This document shows, one piece after another, positions 11,400 through 27,979 of a DNA stretch of 64,000 bases (position 1 is its first letter; each line of letters opens with the position of its first letter). Source of the DNA: Octopus sinensis (Eukaryota); assembly GCF_006345805.1 (NCBI RefSeq), contig NC_043011.1, positions 28,718,464 to 28,782,463 of the forward strand. The letters run 5' to 3'. The position numbers and the translations under genes were made by a program. The notes below the pieces were generated by a model that did not search any database, had not been told where the DNA came from, and worked only from the letters and a program-made list of their open reading frames with translations.

Positions 11400-12660
11400 A
11401 TTCCAGATCGAAGGAGATGGCTGTAACAGGAATTTGAACACATCTGACTACTTTGCAGAATGCAGTCGGGACGTGAAGACAGTTTGGAAGTTCGGCCATG
11501 CAATAAAGGTTTTTGTATTAAACTGGGTAAAAACGTTACAGAAATTCTCCAAACTGCTAATTGATTAACTTTTATGAGTCGAGCATCTGTTTTCGCTAGC
11601 ATAAGAGGTTCAGGCCTGTAGAGAGGAAGTGAGAGATGATGAGGAATGTGGGAGAGAAGAGGGATATCAGAGCTGGTTGAGAAAATTTGCAATTTTGGGG
11701 ATGGAGCCATCTACTCGCAATACCAGAGGGCGCACACTCTCCTACCCTGATGTAATCTCCAGGGATACAGGCATCCAGCAACAGGACCTCCGTAATGCTA
11801 TGATGGACCGTGAAGTCTGGCGTAACATAGTAAATTCCATTGTCTCGACCACGGTCGAACAATGATGATGATGATCTATAAAGACAACAACCATATAGTT
11901 TGAAGTTTTCGTGGCAACCGTACGCAGAATTATTCATAAAAGTCTGAGCATTTGCAAAATTTCTGCAAATTTTATATTCCCAGGGTGCTCGGTGAAAGAA
12001 AGGCGCGTTGGTGACAGGAGGGAAATGCTTGAACTCATTACCTCCAATCCAATAGTACTTGAGTCTCTGGTGAACTGTGACGAAAGCTGGGTCTGCTGTT
12101 ATGATCTAGCGACTAAGAGACAGAGTGCTCAATGGAATCATCTTGGCTTCCCCAGACCCAAGAAGGCCAGGCAAAGCAAGTCCACTCGGAACCTCATGAC
12201 GATCCCATTTTTCAATAGCAAGCGCATCATCTATATCTACAGGGTTACCTCTGGCCAGGCAGTCAACAAAAACTACTTTGTGACGGTTTTGAGGGAATTA
12301 GGAAGAGATTTCATAACAAAAGGCCAGAGCTCTTCTACTTGGGTCGGTAGTACCTGCACGAGGACAATGTACCAGTCCACAATTCCATCCTGTTAACCAA
12401 CTACTTGACACAGATGGGCATCAAAACTGTCCCTCATTCACCTTACAAACCTTGCTCCCTGTGACTTTTGGTTGTTCCTCAAGCTGACGGAGAATGTCGG
12501 GAGCTGTCGTCCTGAAGTCATTGAGAAGATGATGGAGGCTGTGACAAGGGTCTTGAACACCTTCACGTTGGAGGATTTTCATGGGGTCAACACGATTTGG
12601 ATACTTAATAAGAAAGGGAAAATATATCGTGGATGAAATCATTTTGAATTTTGAAACCAA
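11400..12660 (+). mobile_element. mariner-like transposon remnant, interrupted by an RTE-like 3' end
   Basis: The 5' part encodes a degenerate AIK.C.KLGK..TE and MSRASVF..DDE.CGR. ORF 11911-12396 has VNCDESWVCCYD..TKRQSAQW and RPKKARQSKS. Downstream PHSP..PDL-like region near 12430-12480. Confidence 0.85.
11690..11876 (+). mobile_element. RTE-like LINE 3' end with (TGA)n tail, nested in the mariner
   Basis: Encodes PSTRNTRGRTLSYPDVISRDTG...LRNAMMDREVWRNIV*, followed by tgatgatgatgat. Confidence 0.6.
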
Positions 12661-12754
12661 GATTCTTTAAAGAAGGTATATTTAAGAAGCAGAGCTGCGC
12701 CATTGACCAGGTCGCAGGATAGCGACGAATTTCATGGCAGGAGCTAGCTTAAAA

Positions 12755-12784
12755 GCCCGCACGGCGTACGGTTGTTAAGCTAGT
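12755..12784 (+). mobile_element. Possible Helitron-type 3' terminus
   Basis: Imperfect GC hairpin cccgcacggcgtacgg followed about 8 nt later by CTAG then T. Confidence 0.35.
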
Positions 12785-13013
12785 AAGAGAGTGAAAGTAT
12801 CAGCTTTCGTGTTCTTAAATGGACATCATGGCTCTTCCACGATATAACAGTTTCTGTTTCAATTCACAATCTCGGATTAAGTCAAGTCCGAAAATCAAAA
12901 GTATCTAAAAAATCTTAATCTTTTAAATCAATTCAATTAAAAATTATTCTCGATACGTTTAGTATGAAAATCTATATTTCCCGAGTTTATTGTATTACAT
13001 GTAGGGTAGAGAG

Positions 13014-13069
<56 letters not shown>

Positions 13070-13104
13070 TTCCCTCCCCCCTCTCTCTCTTCATTATTTT
13101 ATCT

Positions 13105-13472
13105 TTTCTTTCTTTTACTTATTTCAGACATTCGGTTACGGCAATGCTGGGGCATCGTCTTGAAGGGTTTTAGTCAAACGAATCGACACCAGTACTTAGT
13201 ATATTTAAAGCCTCCTATTTGCTAAGTTACATGGACATAAACAAATCAACACTGATTGTTAAGCAGTGGTCACACACACACACACGCACACGCACACGCA
13301 CACACATACACACACAAACAGAACAGGTTTCTTTCAGTTTCTGTCTACCAAACCCACTCACAAGGCTTTGTTAATCCCAGAACTATAGAAGGCACTCTCC
13401 CAAGGCGCAACGCAGTGGAACTGAACTCGAAACCAAGTTGTTGCAAAACGAGTTCTTTAACCATACAGCCAT
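13105..13472 (-). mobile_element. tRNA-derived SINE family A, degenerate copy
   Basis: Diverged match to 10939-11347. Confidence 0.7.
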
Positions 13473-13526
13473 ACATATATATGTATATATAATATATATA
13501 AATACACATCTCCGTATAAGAGTATG

Positions 13527-13561
<35 letters not shown>

Positions 13562-13582
13562 TGTTGTTTTGTTGTTTGTTCC

Positions 13583-13975
<393 letters not shown>

Positions 13976-14424
13976 TATATATATATGTATGAGTGTGTGT
14001 GTATGTGTGCTAAGAAATTGTTTATTAATAGATCTATAACTGAACATTTAATAAACAGGGATTTAGACTCATTGACGTGGTTAAAACATTCAGCTATCTC
14101 AAGTGACTAGATTCATCGGTAATAGCCAGCTTATCGCCCGTATTTAATACATTGAACAGCTATTCATAAGTATATATAACTGCTGGGTTCGGCTACTCTA
14201 CATTGATAAGGGGCAAATACACTGAAACTAATCTGTAGATGACAGACCAGCACAGGGAAGCAGGTGATCTCCTCTGTGCGAAGGTTACAATGGACACGGG
14301 TTCGTGTGTCATATAGCTAGCTAGAGGCGATGGCCTCTTGGAGCTAATCAACGGCAGCATACGTCCTATTTTTCTGGACTGCCACGCTTGGCGATAACTA
14401 TTAATATATATATATATATATATA

Positions 14425-14700
14425 TATGTAAAAAATACAAACTGGGACAAGAACGCAAAACATACAAAAAACACGGACGGGACATTCGAAGCCTTCAATC
14501 TTCAGTCAAGAACCGGATCATCGTCGCAATTTCGGCTGATTAATCTTGAGATTGCTCCGACCTGGCCAGCCCCAAAGGAAAATCTAAGCCAAGCGCATTA
14601 GATTCCTTGGAAGAAAGCCTCGAATGTATACAAAACAAGGACGGGAACGAATAAGAATACAAAAATACGTAAAAACAATAATGATAACACGAATAAGATA
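14425..14700. repeat. Unclassified element bounded by (TA)n on both sides
   Basis: A moderately GC-rich island between TA tracts. No paralogue in this window. Confidence 0.3.
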
Positions 14701-14839
14701 TATATATATATTTTATATATATATATTTATATATATATATATTTATATATATATATATACATACATATGTGTGTGTGTGTGCGCGGGTGAAAAGATTTGG
14801 TGGGATAGGAAGTCAGAATGACATTCGAAGAAGGAAAAG

Positions 14840-14842
14840 AAG

Positions 14843-14873
<31 letters not shown>

Positions 14874-15070
14874 AGTGAGAGAGAGTGGGCAGTGAGAGAG
14901 AGAGAGGGGGAGTGAGAAAAGAAGGTGAAGAAGTGGAAGAAGAGGAAGAAGGAAGAAGAAGGAAGAGGAAGAAGATGAGCAAGAAGAAGAGGAAGAGAAG
15001 TAAGAAGAGCAAGAAGAAGAAGAAGAAGAAGAAGAAGAAGAAGAAAGAGAAGGGAAAGAAGAAAAAGAGC
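14840..15070. repeat. (AG)n and (GAA)n microsatellites
   Basis: Direct inspection. Confidence 0.9.
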
Positions 15071-15289
15071 AGCGTCAACGGCAGCGATAGTTTTATACAC
15101 ATAGTTCTTACGTCCATTGGTTTGTCGCAGTGTGTATTTTCCAGGAGGAGAATAATTATAAGCTTATTCAACATAACGCACGTTTGTAAAATCCATTTGG
15201 AAACTTATCCACAGGCACAATACATTCTCTTAATAGTTTTTTTCAGCGCTTTACTGTATGTATGTATGTATGTATACATGTAAATGTGC

Positions 15290-15486
15290 AAGTTCGCATG
15301 ATTTGCTCTATGTATGTATTCTCATGCACATAGTTGCACATCTAGACATGCTCATATATATATTTAAATGATAAGCTTCTGGAAAATTTTACAGGTTTTT
15401 ATAGTTCCAGTGATGGATTGCATTTGTAGTCTTCGAATTAGCTTTCTCCTTTCTGGGTTTTGAGAAGTCTAATTTCTCAAGATTGG

Positions 15487-15487
<1 letters not shown>
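15290..15487 (+). repeat. Dispersed ~190-bp repeat (second copy at 63770-63957)
   Basis: ttctcatgca.atagttgca.atctagacatgctc...cagtgatggattg...aatttctcaagattggta is present at both loci. Confidence 0.75.
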
Positions 15488-18360
<2,873 letters not shown>

Positions 18361-19204
18361 CATATAACATCTGTTCTCACAAATTCACTCACACTCGTGA
18401 GTACATGTATGTATGTACGTATAAATGTTCGTATGTTTAGATGAATGTATATATAATGTGTATCTGTGTGTGTGTATGTTAATAGACACATATAAGCATA
18501 CATTACAGATAAGTACATAGGTAAATACGTGCTTAACGGGACGAAAACATTTCATTTAATAGCTTCTAACATTATAGATAAATTTTTATTCAATTTTAAC
18601 TCTGTCTCGAAGTTACACAATGAAAACCAGTAATATCAATGAAAATACTTTAAAATATTTTATAAATGACTTGAGGCTTCTGTTTGAGATGAAATTTTTT
18701 TGATTTTCATGTTACTTTTAAATAGATTTGATTAAGTGTTGCTAATGTTAAAAGAAAGCAAAACAAAAAGATGGACGGGATCGTAAATATACGATGATGG
18801 AAAGTTGCTAAAGACTCCATCATTGCACTGCCAGAAAGCAATCGGATCTAAAGACGAGTTTCCAGTTACTTGCAAACAATGAGTTTCGGAGCATGCTCCT
18901 ACAGTTACAAAGTGCCCTTAAATTATGCTTGATCTCTGTAGGGATCTGTCTGAATCTATGGAAAATCAGTGATAGTGTGTTCTGCTTTTGAAATAAGGCA
19001 ACCGTTCAATTCCTGTACTTCACGAAAATCAGATTATATTATGTTATGATTATATTATAATATGTTATGTATGTTATACTGTGTTATATACATGTGTCTT
19101 TCTCGAACTAACACAGACTAGCATCGTCATCATCATCATTATCATCATAATGCATAGATGCATGCATCGCGCGCGTGAATGTGTGTATGCATGCACACAG
19201 GCAC

Positions 19205-19235
<31 letters not shown>

Positions 19236-19285
19236 TGTATGTATGTATGTATGTATGTATGTATGTGTGTATGTATGTATGTAAG

Positions 19286-19316
<31 letters not shown>

Positions 19317-19510
19317 GTATGTATGTATGTATATATGTATGTATGTGTGTATGTATGTATGTATGTATGTATATATGTATGTATGTATGTATGTATATGT
19401 TGTGTGTGTATGTATGTATGTATGTATGTAAGTATGTATGTATGTATGTATATATGTATGTATGTAAGTATGTATGTATGTATGTATGTGTGTATGTATG
19501 TATGTAGGTG

Positions 19511-19543
<33 letters not shown>

Positions 19544-19550
19544 GTATGCC

Positions 19551-19591
<41 letters not shown>

Positions 19592-19624
19592 GTATATATG
19601 TATGTATGTATGTAGGTGTGTATG

Positions 19625-19655
<31 letters not shown>

Positions 19656-19700
19656 GTATGTAAGTATGTATGTATGTATGTAGGTGTGTATGTATGTATG

Positions 19701-19731
<31 letters not shown>

Positions 19732-19880
19732 GTATGTATGTATGTATGTATGTATGTAGGTGTGTATGTATGTATGTATATATGTATGTGTGCATGTATG
19801 TATGTAAGTATGTATGTATGTAGGTGTGTATGTATGTATGTATGTATGTATGTATGTATGTATGTATGTATGTGAGTATG

Positions 19881-19914
<34 letters not shown>

Positions 19915-20110
19915 TGTATGTATGTATGTATGTATGTGTGCATGCATGCATGTATGTGTTCGTGTTGCATGTATGCATGCATTATGTATGTTTTCATGTT
20001 GGCATGTATGCACGTATGTAAGCCTGCATGTAGGCATGCATGTATGTAGGCATGTATGTATATAGGTATATGCGTATGTGTGTAGCTATGTATTTAGGTA
20101 TGTATGTATA
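19205..20110. repeat. ~900-bp (TATG)n microsatellite
   Basis: Direct inspection. Confidence 0.95.
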
Positions 20111-20859
20111 TGTGTATGTATGTGTGAGTATCGAAGTCTGTATCTGTTTTTTTCCTTTTTACTTATTAGTAACTTTTCCAGAATAAGAGAGCTGGTTTCT
20201 AAGAAAGAAACAAAGGCCCCATCATCAGAGTTAGCAACGTTGTTATACATGAAACCTAGCCTTGCATGTTTTTACTTTTCTGTTTACAGATTGTATCTGT
20301 GAAGTTCGTGTAAGCTGGTTTCTTTCTTTACTTGAAAATTCCAGCATTTCCAGATTGTGGCCTAGACATTTACTAACATAACCGAAGGTACCAACAATTG
20401 CACTGTGTCACATGACTTTTCTCCTTTGGTGCCAATTGTTATTTCCTATTTGTTTATCCCTAGAAAGTTTGAAGAATGGCTAATACTTCATTAAAACTTT
20501 ACTTTTGTTACGATATTTATTCAAGTCCTAAAGAATTCCTTACAACACATGGCTATGATGCTTCCCCACTACCCTTGCTCATGATCAGTGATGCACACAT
20601 TGCCAGCCACTAAGGGACATGTTTAAGTGGTTAGGCTCAAGCGTCTAACAAGCAAATCTGTGCTATTGAGCAGAATATTTGCTATAACGATATTTCTGCT
20701 TTAGCAACTCAATGCTGAATCTGTCTGAGATGTAATGGAAAATAAATCAGTTTCAAAACATTGCTGTTCAGGTTTGAAGGGAATAATAGTTATTGCCTTT
20801 GGTTTTTGGATAAAAGTAAATAGGAAATAACACTTACTGATCAAAGACAAAGAAAAATA

Positions 20860-21330
20860 AATTGTTACACTGTTATTGGTGTATTTGAAAATTTATAATA
20901 AGGATAGGAAACTTTCAAGTAACGAAGCAGTTATCCATAGACAATCTACTTCTTGCTGATTTTGGAAGAGATGTTCACATATATAGAGCATCTAACATCT
21001 CTCATTGTGCAAAACTTTTTCGTCTCAAATAACAACGTTAGGTTTGTTATGCTTGCACTTTGTAGAAGTTTTGACGGGAATTTTCCTCCAATATTCCTTG
21101 TACTGATATATACGTATATATCCAATAACACGTGTCGTTTATTTTTACACCAGGATAGTCTTTTCTGCGGATGGCATTATATTTTATTTTAACAACAACA
21201 TCATGTCGTAATGAGAGGTAGTAATTTGATGATATTTATGTATGGCTATTGATTACATGGTTTATGCCCTTCACAAAAGTGTGACATAATCGACACTTGC
21301 GGTTGCATCTCGGGAATTTAAGGGCTTCAC
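20860..21330 (-). mobile_element. R4/Dong-like RLE LINE 3' remnant
   Basis: Minus strand, across frameshifts: KCRLCHTFVKGINHVINS (zinc knuckle remnant), YYLSLRHDVVVK, KEYWRKIPVKTSTKCKHNKPNVVI and DVRCSIYVNI. Confidence 0.7.
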
Positions 21331-21534
21331 TGTCCCATTGAGGTGACAATGAAGACGTTGATGACGATGATGATGGTGGTGGTGATGGTGGTGGTGATGA
21401 TGATGGTGATGATAATGATGATGATGAATTACTTTTTCTTCCAAAAATGAAGCGATAAAGTATGATTGGCCGAATCGACTTCAATACATAATTGGTACCT
21501 AATAATTGGTACTCAATAACTATTTCTATTGTAG

Positions 21535-21715
21535 GCACAAACATTTTTTTGAGGTAAGGGGTTAGTCGATTACATCGACCCTAGTGTCCGACTGGTACTT
21601 ATTTTATCGATCCCGAAATATTAAATACAAAGTAGACTTCGGCAGAATTTGAACTGAGAGTGAAAAGGCGAACGAAATGCTCCTAAACATTTCGTCTGGC
21701 TTGTTAACGAAAATA
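21535..21715 (-). mobile_element. tRNA-derived SINE family B, degenerate
   Basis: gactggtacttattttatcgatcccgaa...gaatttgaact matches 59480-59642. Confidence 0.7.
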
Positions 21716-21899
21716 GTACTTAATAAAAAGTACTAAAATTCGCAGAATTAAGAAATTTGAAGTTAACCCACACAGAATTCGAACTCAGAAAACAGAGTGC
21801 ACACCTGAGCACAATTTTATTCACTTCAGTTAATTTATTTTTTATTTCTTACCTGCTGGGTATGAAGTAGAGGTCAGTGCACATGGTCTTCAGTTTAAG

Positions 21900-22680
21900 A
21901 GCAATATTAACAGCATCTACGGTGCCTACAACGGAGACATGAGTTGAGGGTCGACATTCTGTGCGTAGTGGTTAGTGCAGGACCTGGTGGTGAGGGCTGG
22001 GCAAACTATGTTTGATGAGAAATAAAGAAACGGGTGACTCGGGAGTATTTGAATGCAAATGGCATGAAATCAGCTGGTTATGTGAAGCAGAGGTCGTTAT
22101 CGTAGTGGTAGAAAAGCAGCGAGATGAGACAGAAACAGAACACTTGTGGAAAAGAGCCTGAGGCTTATCTGTGTGAGGTATAACGCCAATCAGGCAAGTG
22201 GCCTTATACTGGATGCGATCTAAGGTGTCTGTGTGTGAAGTAGTATGCTGTCTTAGATGGGTGAACAACACATCATTGTGGGCCTCAATTAAATTTTGAG
22301 GAATGCCAGGAATTGTCTGGGAACTGAAATACCTTTTGATTCTGAGGAGAAACGCCAGTCGTTGGGATAAGGATGTGCTACTGCCGTCAGAGATCCCCAA
22401 ATGAAATGACGCTTAATAGTCGGAGTGATCAAAAGGACTTATTCATAGTTGTGTGCTGCTTATGGATAAGGTGGTGGTGGATGAGATGCGATGATGTGTT
22501 TAATATGAGTAGTGCTTGTAATGTTTGCTGCTGGAAAAGACAAGACTCGATGTCCTCATTGGAGGATACTTTTCAGGCTTGTGGTCAAGGAGTCAGTTCA
22601 GGTTTAGCAATGAGTTGTCTATGCTGCAAGTGGAAGGGTGGAGAGTTTAAAAGATACCTTTACACTGTCGGATACTAGCC
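21900..22680 (-). mobile_element. CR1/L2-group LINE 3' remnant (RT C-terminal region)
   Basis: ORF 21972-22400 (-) has LLRIKRYFSSQ...HTDTLDRIQYKATCLIG...PQALFHKCSVSVSS, resembling the C-terminus of Crack/Daphne-type LINEs. Confidence 0.6.
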
Positions 22681-22704
22681 TGTTGTGTGTTTATGCGCCC
22701 TTTT

Positions 22705-22941
22705 TAAAGCCTAGCCAGGCTCATGGGCCCAGTTTCCCGGTTTCTATGGCGTATGTGTTCCCCAGCTGGACGGAACGCCAGTCCATCGCAGCGTTACTCA
22801 TTTTTGCCAGCTGAGTGGACTGGAGCAACGTGAAATGAAGTGTTTTGCTCAAGAACACAATGCGTCGTCCGGTCCAGGAATCGAAACCACAATCTTGTGA
22901 TCATGGTGCTGACACCCTAACCACTAAGCCACGCGCCTCCA
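22705..22941 (-). mobile_element. tRNA-derived SINE family C
   Basis: Reverse complement begins tggaggcgcgtggcttagtggttag...ggtttcgattcc (A and B boxes) and contains gcgatggactggcg. Paralogue at 61210-61435. Confidence 0.8.
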
Positions 22942-22953
22942 CACAACGACAAT

Positions 22954-22990
22954 TGGAGAATCCGGGTGTCGATCCCGGTACCGCTCGCAC
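22954..22990 (-). pseudogene. 3' half of a tRNA-Ala-like sequence
   Basis: Reverse complement GTGCGAGCGGTACCGGGATCGACACCCGGATTCTCCA has a T arm CCGGG/CCCGG and an acceptor end CTCCA. The 5' half is absent. Confidence 0.55.
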
Positions 22991-23370
22991 CTTGTGTGTT
23001 TAGCTTATGTATAAATCAGGATTCGATTAAATATGTCAAAGAACAGTTATAGGACCAAATAGATTAGTAGACGTATTGGAAGTCTCAAAGGAAAAGCGCA
23101 AGAGTCAGTGGGCAATGTAGAAGATCTCTGTGGATTTTCTCAAAAGAAAAGATGCCACATTCTATGTAAATTAGAGACATTTATTCATTTAATCAATAAA
23201 AATTAATCTATAATTTGTCAGCTGTTATTCGACAAAATCATTAAAACAGAACTACACTGATTTCAATCTTTTCAAATTTTAAGTGTAAGTCACTAATGTA
23301 TTTTAAATATATATGGATTTTCAAATTTAAATAAATCGATGTATGTTAAACTATCATTATTAATAATAAA

Positions 23371-23587
23371 TAAGACGGCGCGCTGGAAGAATCGTTAGCA
23401 CGCTGGGAAAAATGCTTAGTAGCGTTTCACCCGTCTTTACGTCCTGAGTTCAAATACCATCAACGTCGACTTTGCTTTTCATCCTTTTGGGAACGAGAAA
23501 TTAAGTATTAATCGGGCACTAGGATCAATGATATCGACTTACTACTCTCCCGAAATTGCTGGCCTTGTACCGAAATTTGAAACCATT
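23371..23587 (+). mobile_element. tRNA-derived SINE family B
   Basis: Head ggcgcgctggaagaatcgttagcac...gagttcaaatacc and tail ggccttgtaccgaaatttgaaacc. Confidence 0.8.
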
Positions 23588-24024
23588 CTTAATAATAAAT
23601 CATATCTTGGACTAGGTAGTTAGTATTGACGTTTTTATTCAGTGAATATTAAGTGTACATAAGTATACAGTCCTATAAAAGGAAACAATTATCTTTATAT
23701 ATATGTGTGTATGTGTGTGATAGTGTGTATTTATAACTGTCTGTACATGCGAATGTTTATACACACATATATTAATATTTATATGTATGGATCTATGTAT
23801 ATAATCATATGCGTGAGTGTATACAGACATGTATTTATATGTATGAGTGTATGTATCTATCTATATATGAAAATATATTTGTAAATATGCATATATGCAT
23901 AAACATTTAATGTATGCATATAATTTATATACGTGTATATATGTATTTATGAGTATATATACATATATATATATATGTATATACGTATACACAGATACAA
24001 ATATACATATGTATATACATAAGC

Positions 24025-24548
24025 ACCGTAAATCTTCGAGTATAGTCCGCCCTTGAGTATAATACGCAGGGGATTTTTAGGGGGCTGTACCTTTGAAAAA
24101 CCTAAACCTTGTGTATAATACGCACACCTTCTCTAACTTGAGTCGTGCGTAATTGAGCCAGCAGTACCTAGTTGAACAAACAATTCCGCGCATGCGTAAT
24201 ACAGTAATGGTGATGTTCTTAACTGTTGTATGGGAATGTAAATATGTTTGAAAATTATTTTTGTTACATGTTATTCTGTGTTCTGAATACTTTTATTTTA
24301 AGAAATGTTGCTTACTGCAAGTTATGGATGATACTTTTATGATTTCATTGCTTTGAGGTTTAGCTTAAGGTATTTTTGCGCCCGACATCACAAAATGCGC
24401 CCGAATAAACATTGCCAGACAGCAAATAGAGACTCGGACATGGCTTAGAAAATATTTTTCATTTTTAACCTCGTATATAGTACGCACTAGGTATTTTGAC
24501 CTTTAAATTTTGGGAAAAAAGTGCGGATTATACTCGAGGATATACGGT
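24025..24548. mobile_element. pogo/Tigger-like MITE with both TIRs
   Basis: TIRs ccgtaaatcttcgagtatagtccgc (24026-24050) and gcggattatactcgaggatatacgg (24523-24547). No ORF. Confidence 0.75.
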
Positions 24549-25271
24549 TTATGTGTTTATATGTATACTTGTATGTGCATATATATATATGTGTCTGCGT
24601 ACATGTGTGTGTATGTGTGTGCGCGCGCGTTCTTGTATATGTATATATGATCTTTTTTGTCCAGTTCGGCTTCCTTAATTTATATTACTTCACATATGAC
24701 TTAATGCCACGGGTCTGTCTATGTTTAGTCCAATACTGTTTGGTGCGACCCGTTTGGTTGATAGTCATCTTAGAGGTGTATCCATTGGGAACCGGAAATC
24801 CTGAAAGCATACATATAAATATGATAATAATATAGTCAGATAATAATTGTAAAGGTAATGAAACGATAATGATAGAGAAAATAACATAAAAAGGTACACA
24901 CCACACACACACACACACACACACACCACACACACACACACACACACACGTTAATATTGAACGGTGAGAATGAGTGCTCAACACCGCATTGGTGGTTAAA
25001 TATTTTTTATGTGTTGGTTAAGAAGGCTGCCATCAGTTTCATGCTGAAAATTTTCATCAGTTATCAAGACTTTCAAGTGGGGCGTTGCCACTCCATCCAA
25101 GATTGAAACAAGTACCAACATCTTGTGTGGAAGGTTTGATAATTGATGAGAATTCTCAGCGTGAAACGAATGACAGGCTTGTCAACCAACAAATACATAT
25201 ACATATATACATACATGCACACATACATACATACATACATACATACATACATACATACATACATACATACA

Positions 25272-25314
<43 letters not shown>

Positions 25315-25630
25315 TTTGTTCACGGAAAACGTTTTGAATATGCATTAAAATGTTTATAAATTCCATCCAAGGACTATTATTATTACTACACACACACATG
25401 CACACATACATACACACACGCGCACGCACTCACACACACACACACACATACAAACACACACACATATTTATATACGTATACTCACGAACGAATGAAAGAT
25501 TATGATTTTAAACAAGTTTATTATCATTCTCTATAGTTAATTTTTGCATCAGTTACACCCCGCTCAAGCAAATTATGCCAACATATGTATCTTCGATAGT
25601 ACAACATTCTTAGCAACACAACATTCTTTC

Positions 25631-26843
25631 TATTGGGTTGGCAACTAAGGTTTAATAAAAAATAACAACTAATTAATCAATAATGCATTCACCCTTGTTT
25701 ACAACTTCTTCCCAGAATTCACCCGATTTCGACTCGAAAAACTGATCCAACCAAGGTCTCAATTCTGCATCAATATTGAACGAAACTCCGCGCATAGCAT
25801 TTGAAAGAGATCGAAAGAGGTGGAAATCCGTTGGTGCCAAATCAGGAGAGTGCGGCTGGTGTTGCAGCACTTCCCAGCCATGCATTTGAATGGCTTCCTT
25901 GGTCATATTGGCGATATGAAGGCCGGCGTTGTCGTGCAGCAGAAGAACTCCATGCTGCCGATTAAGTCCTTTCTCTTGAATAGCCGTGTTGAGTCGTTCC
26001 ACTTGTTGAACATAGAGTTCCGCGTTGCGATTTTGGTTCCGTTCAAGCAATTCGTAATGGATAATCCCTTCCCAGTCCCACCATACGCACAACATCGTTT
26101 TACACGGATGAAGATCTTGTTTCACGCGCGGTGTCGCTTGTTTACCGGGGCTAAGCCATTTCTTACGCTGCTTCATATTGATGTACAGGCACCATTTTTC
26201 GTCGCCAGTAACGATTTGGCAAGGAAATCGTTGCTTGTGTCCATGAGTTGAGCGGTGACGAGCAAGTAAACCAGCGGAGATTGTGGCTCGTTGATTTTTA
26301 TTGCTGTCACTTAAAGCATGCAGAATCCATGCTCCATACTTCTGAACCTTTCACATCGAGTGAAGATGCTTCTCTTTAGCAGAGTGGGAGCATTCCATTT
26401 TCTCTGCCAGCTCCCTTGTTGTTTGACGAGAATTTTCGTGCAAAAATTGGTTTAATCGGTCTTCATCGAGCTCAACTGGACGGCTAGAACGAGGTGCGTC
26501 TTTGAAGTCAAAATTTCCATTTTTGAACTTGGCATACCAATCACGAGCGGTTCTTTCAACTATGGCACCCTCTCCATACACAGCACAAATATCGCAAGCA
26601 GCTTTTGCGGCCTTAGAACCTTGATTAAAAGCAAAAAGGAGGTGTCGAAAATGCTCGTTTTTCTTAACTTGGCATTCCATTTTAATGATCTGAAAATAAA
26701 CAAATATTAACTAAAATTAACTAGAAAAAACAACAACAAAAAACAAAATAGATTCCAAAATGATTCAAAAATAGAATTCTCGAAATAAATAAATTCCAAA
26801 ATTAAAAAAAAAAACCGGCAAAAACTTAGTTGCCAACCCAATA
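25631..26843 (-). mobile_element. Near-full-length mariner transposon (DD34D type) with TIRs and TA target duplication
   Basis: ta|ttgggttggcaactaag ... cttagttgccaacccaa|ta. ORFs 26351-26680 and 25673-26176 are in frame, separated by one TGA. Motifs VTGDEKW, LLHDNA and HSPDLAPTDFHLF. Confidence 0.95.
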
Positions 26844-26869
26844 CATAGGTAATTACAATCACAATTCTG

Positions 26870-27430
26870 TCAATACCTATTGAATGAAAAATATGCAGAA
26901 ATGGTTGTTTGTAGACCATTATCCCATACACAAGAGAAGCTGAGACTCCACAGACAATGATAAAGCCAATTGGATTGGTATTTGCTCTTATAGACAGCCC
27001 TGTTTGATAAAAGATTATGGAGAGTAGCATAAGTGATAAGCTGGAAGGGCAACTAATATATTATACGTTCATTGTACCTAATGTATTGTAATCTATTACT
27101 TTGTTCATAGAGCCAACCTAGCTACGAATGCGATTTCAGTAATCAAATTAATGGCCCTGCTAAACCTAATGCCCTGAGAAAGATTTCATATATCAATGCA
27201 AAATTCAAGTGACATGTAGCAAGTATACAGGAATTACTTCAAACCGTTTGAAGCACCTTACAACCTTATACACCCACATGTTTCATAACATGAAAGTAGA
27301 GACATATTGTTATCCTCTTATATGTGGACTTTAAAAAGTAGACTCGTCGTATAATATCAAATGCAACATCATCAAGATCTGAAACTTATTACAAAAACAG
27401 AACACCATGCGATTTATGAAATTATGCCTT
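26870..27430 (+). mobile_element. Decayed Penelope-like GIY-YIG endonuclease region
   Basis: Across frameshifts: YTGITSNRLK...LSSYMWTLK...YNIKCNII..SETYYKNRTPCDL. Confidence 0.55.
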
Positions 27431-27499
27431 TATGAAATTATGAAATTATATATATAAGTGTATATATACACTTATATATATGTATATATATATATAATT

Positions 27500-27720
27500 T
27501 TAATCCAAACGGGAAAACAAAAAAACAACAACAATGGAACAATTACAGTATTATTATTAATAGGCGCTCAGGAAATGGAAGCAGGAGGGTATGACGTTTC
27601 GAGCGGAGCTCTTCGTCGGAAACATAAAGAAGGAAGAGAGAGGAAAGAAAGATCCCAAAGCGGGCAACAGGGATAGAGAAAAAAAACGACTGGTGTTTAC
27701 GAGTTACACATGGTGAAAGG
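27500..27720 (-). mobile_element. Short element with a minimal hammerhead-like motif (family H4)
   Basis: Minus strand 27593-27619 reads CCGACGA-A-GAG cuccg CUC-GAAAC-GUC. Paralogue at 56090-56268. Confidence 0.6.
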
Positions 27721-27979
27721 CGGAAGTTTACGATAACAAGAGCAAAGTAGGTTTTTAAAGGCAAAAGAGTGGAGACAAGGTTGGTAACGCAACATATGTG
27801 TGTGTATGTGTGAGTGTGTGCGTGTGCGTGTGTGTATGTGTGTGTGTGAGGCGAGATAAAAAACAAAAAATATATGTATGTGTTAGTGTGTGCGCCTGTG
27901 TGTAGGCGTGTGAGGTAGGGCGAGACAGTGGTAGGCATAGCAGACACTGGTCAGTAGTAAGAAAAAGAAGGAAGGAGGA

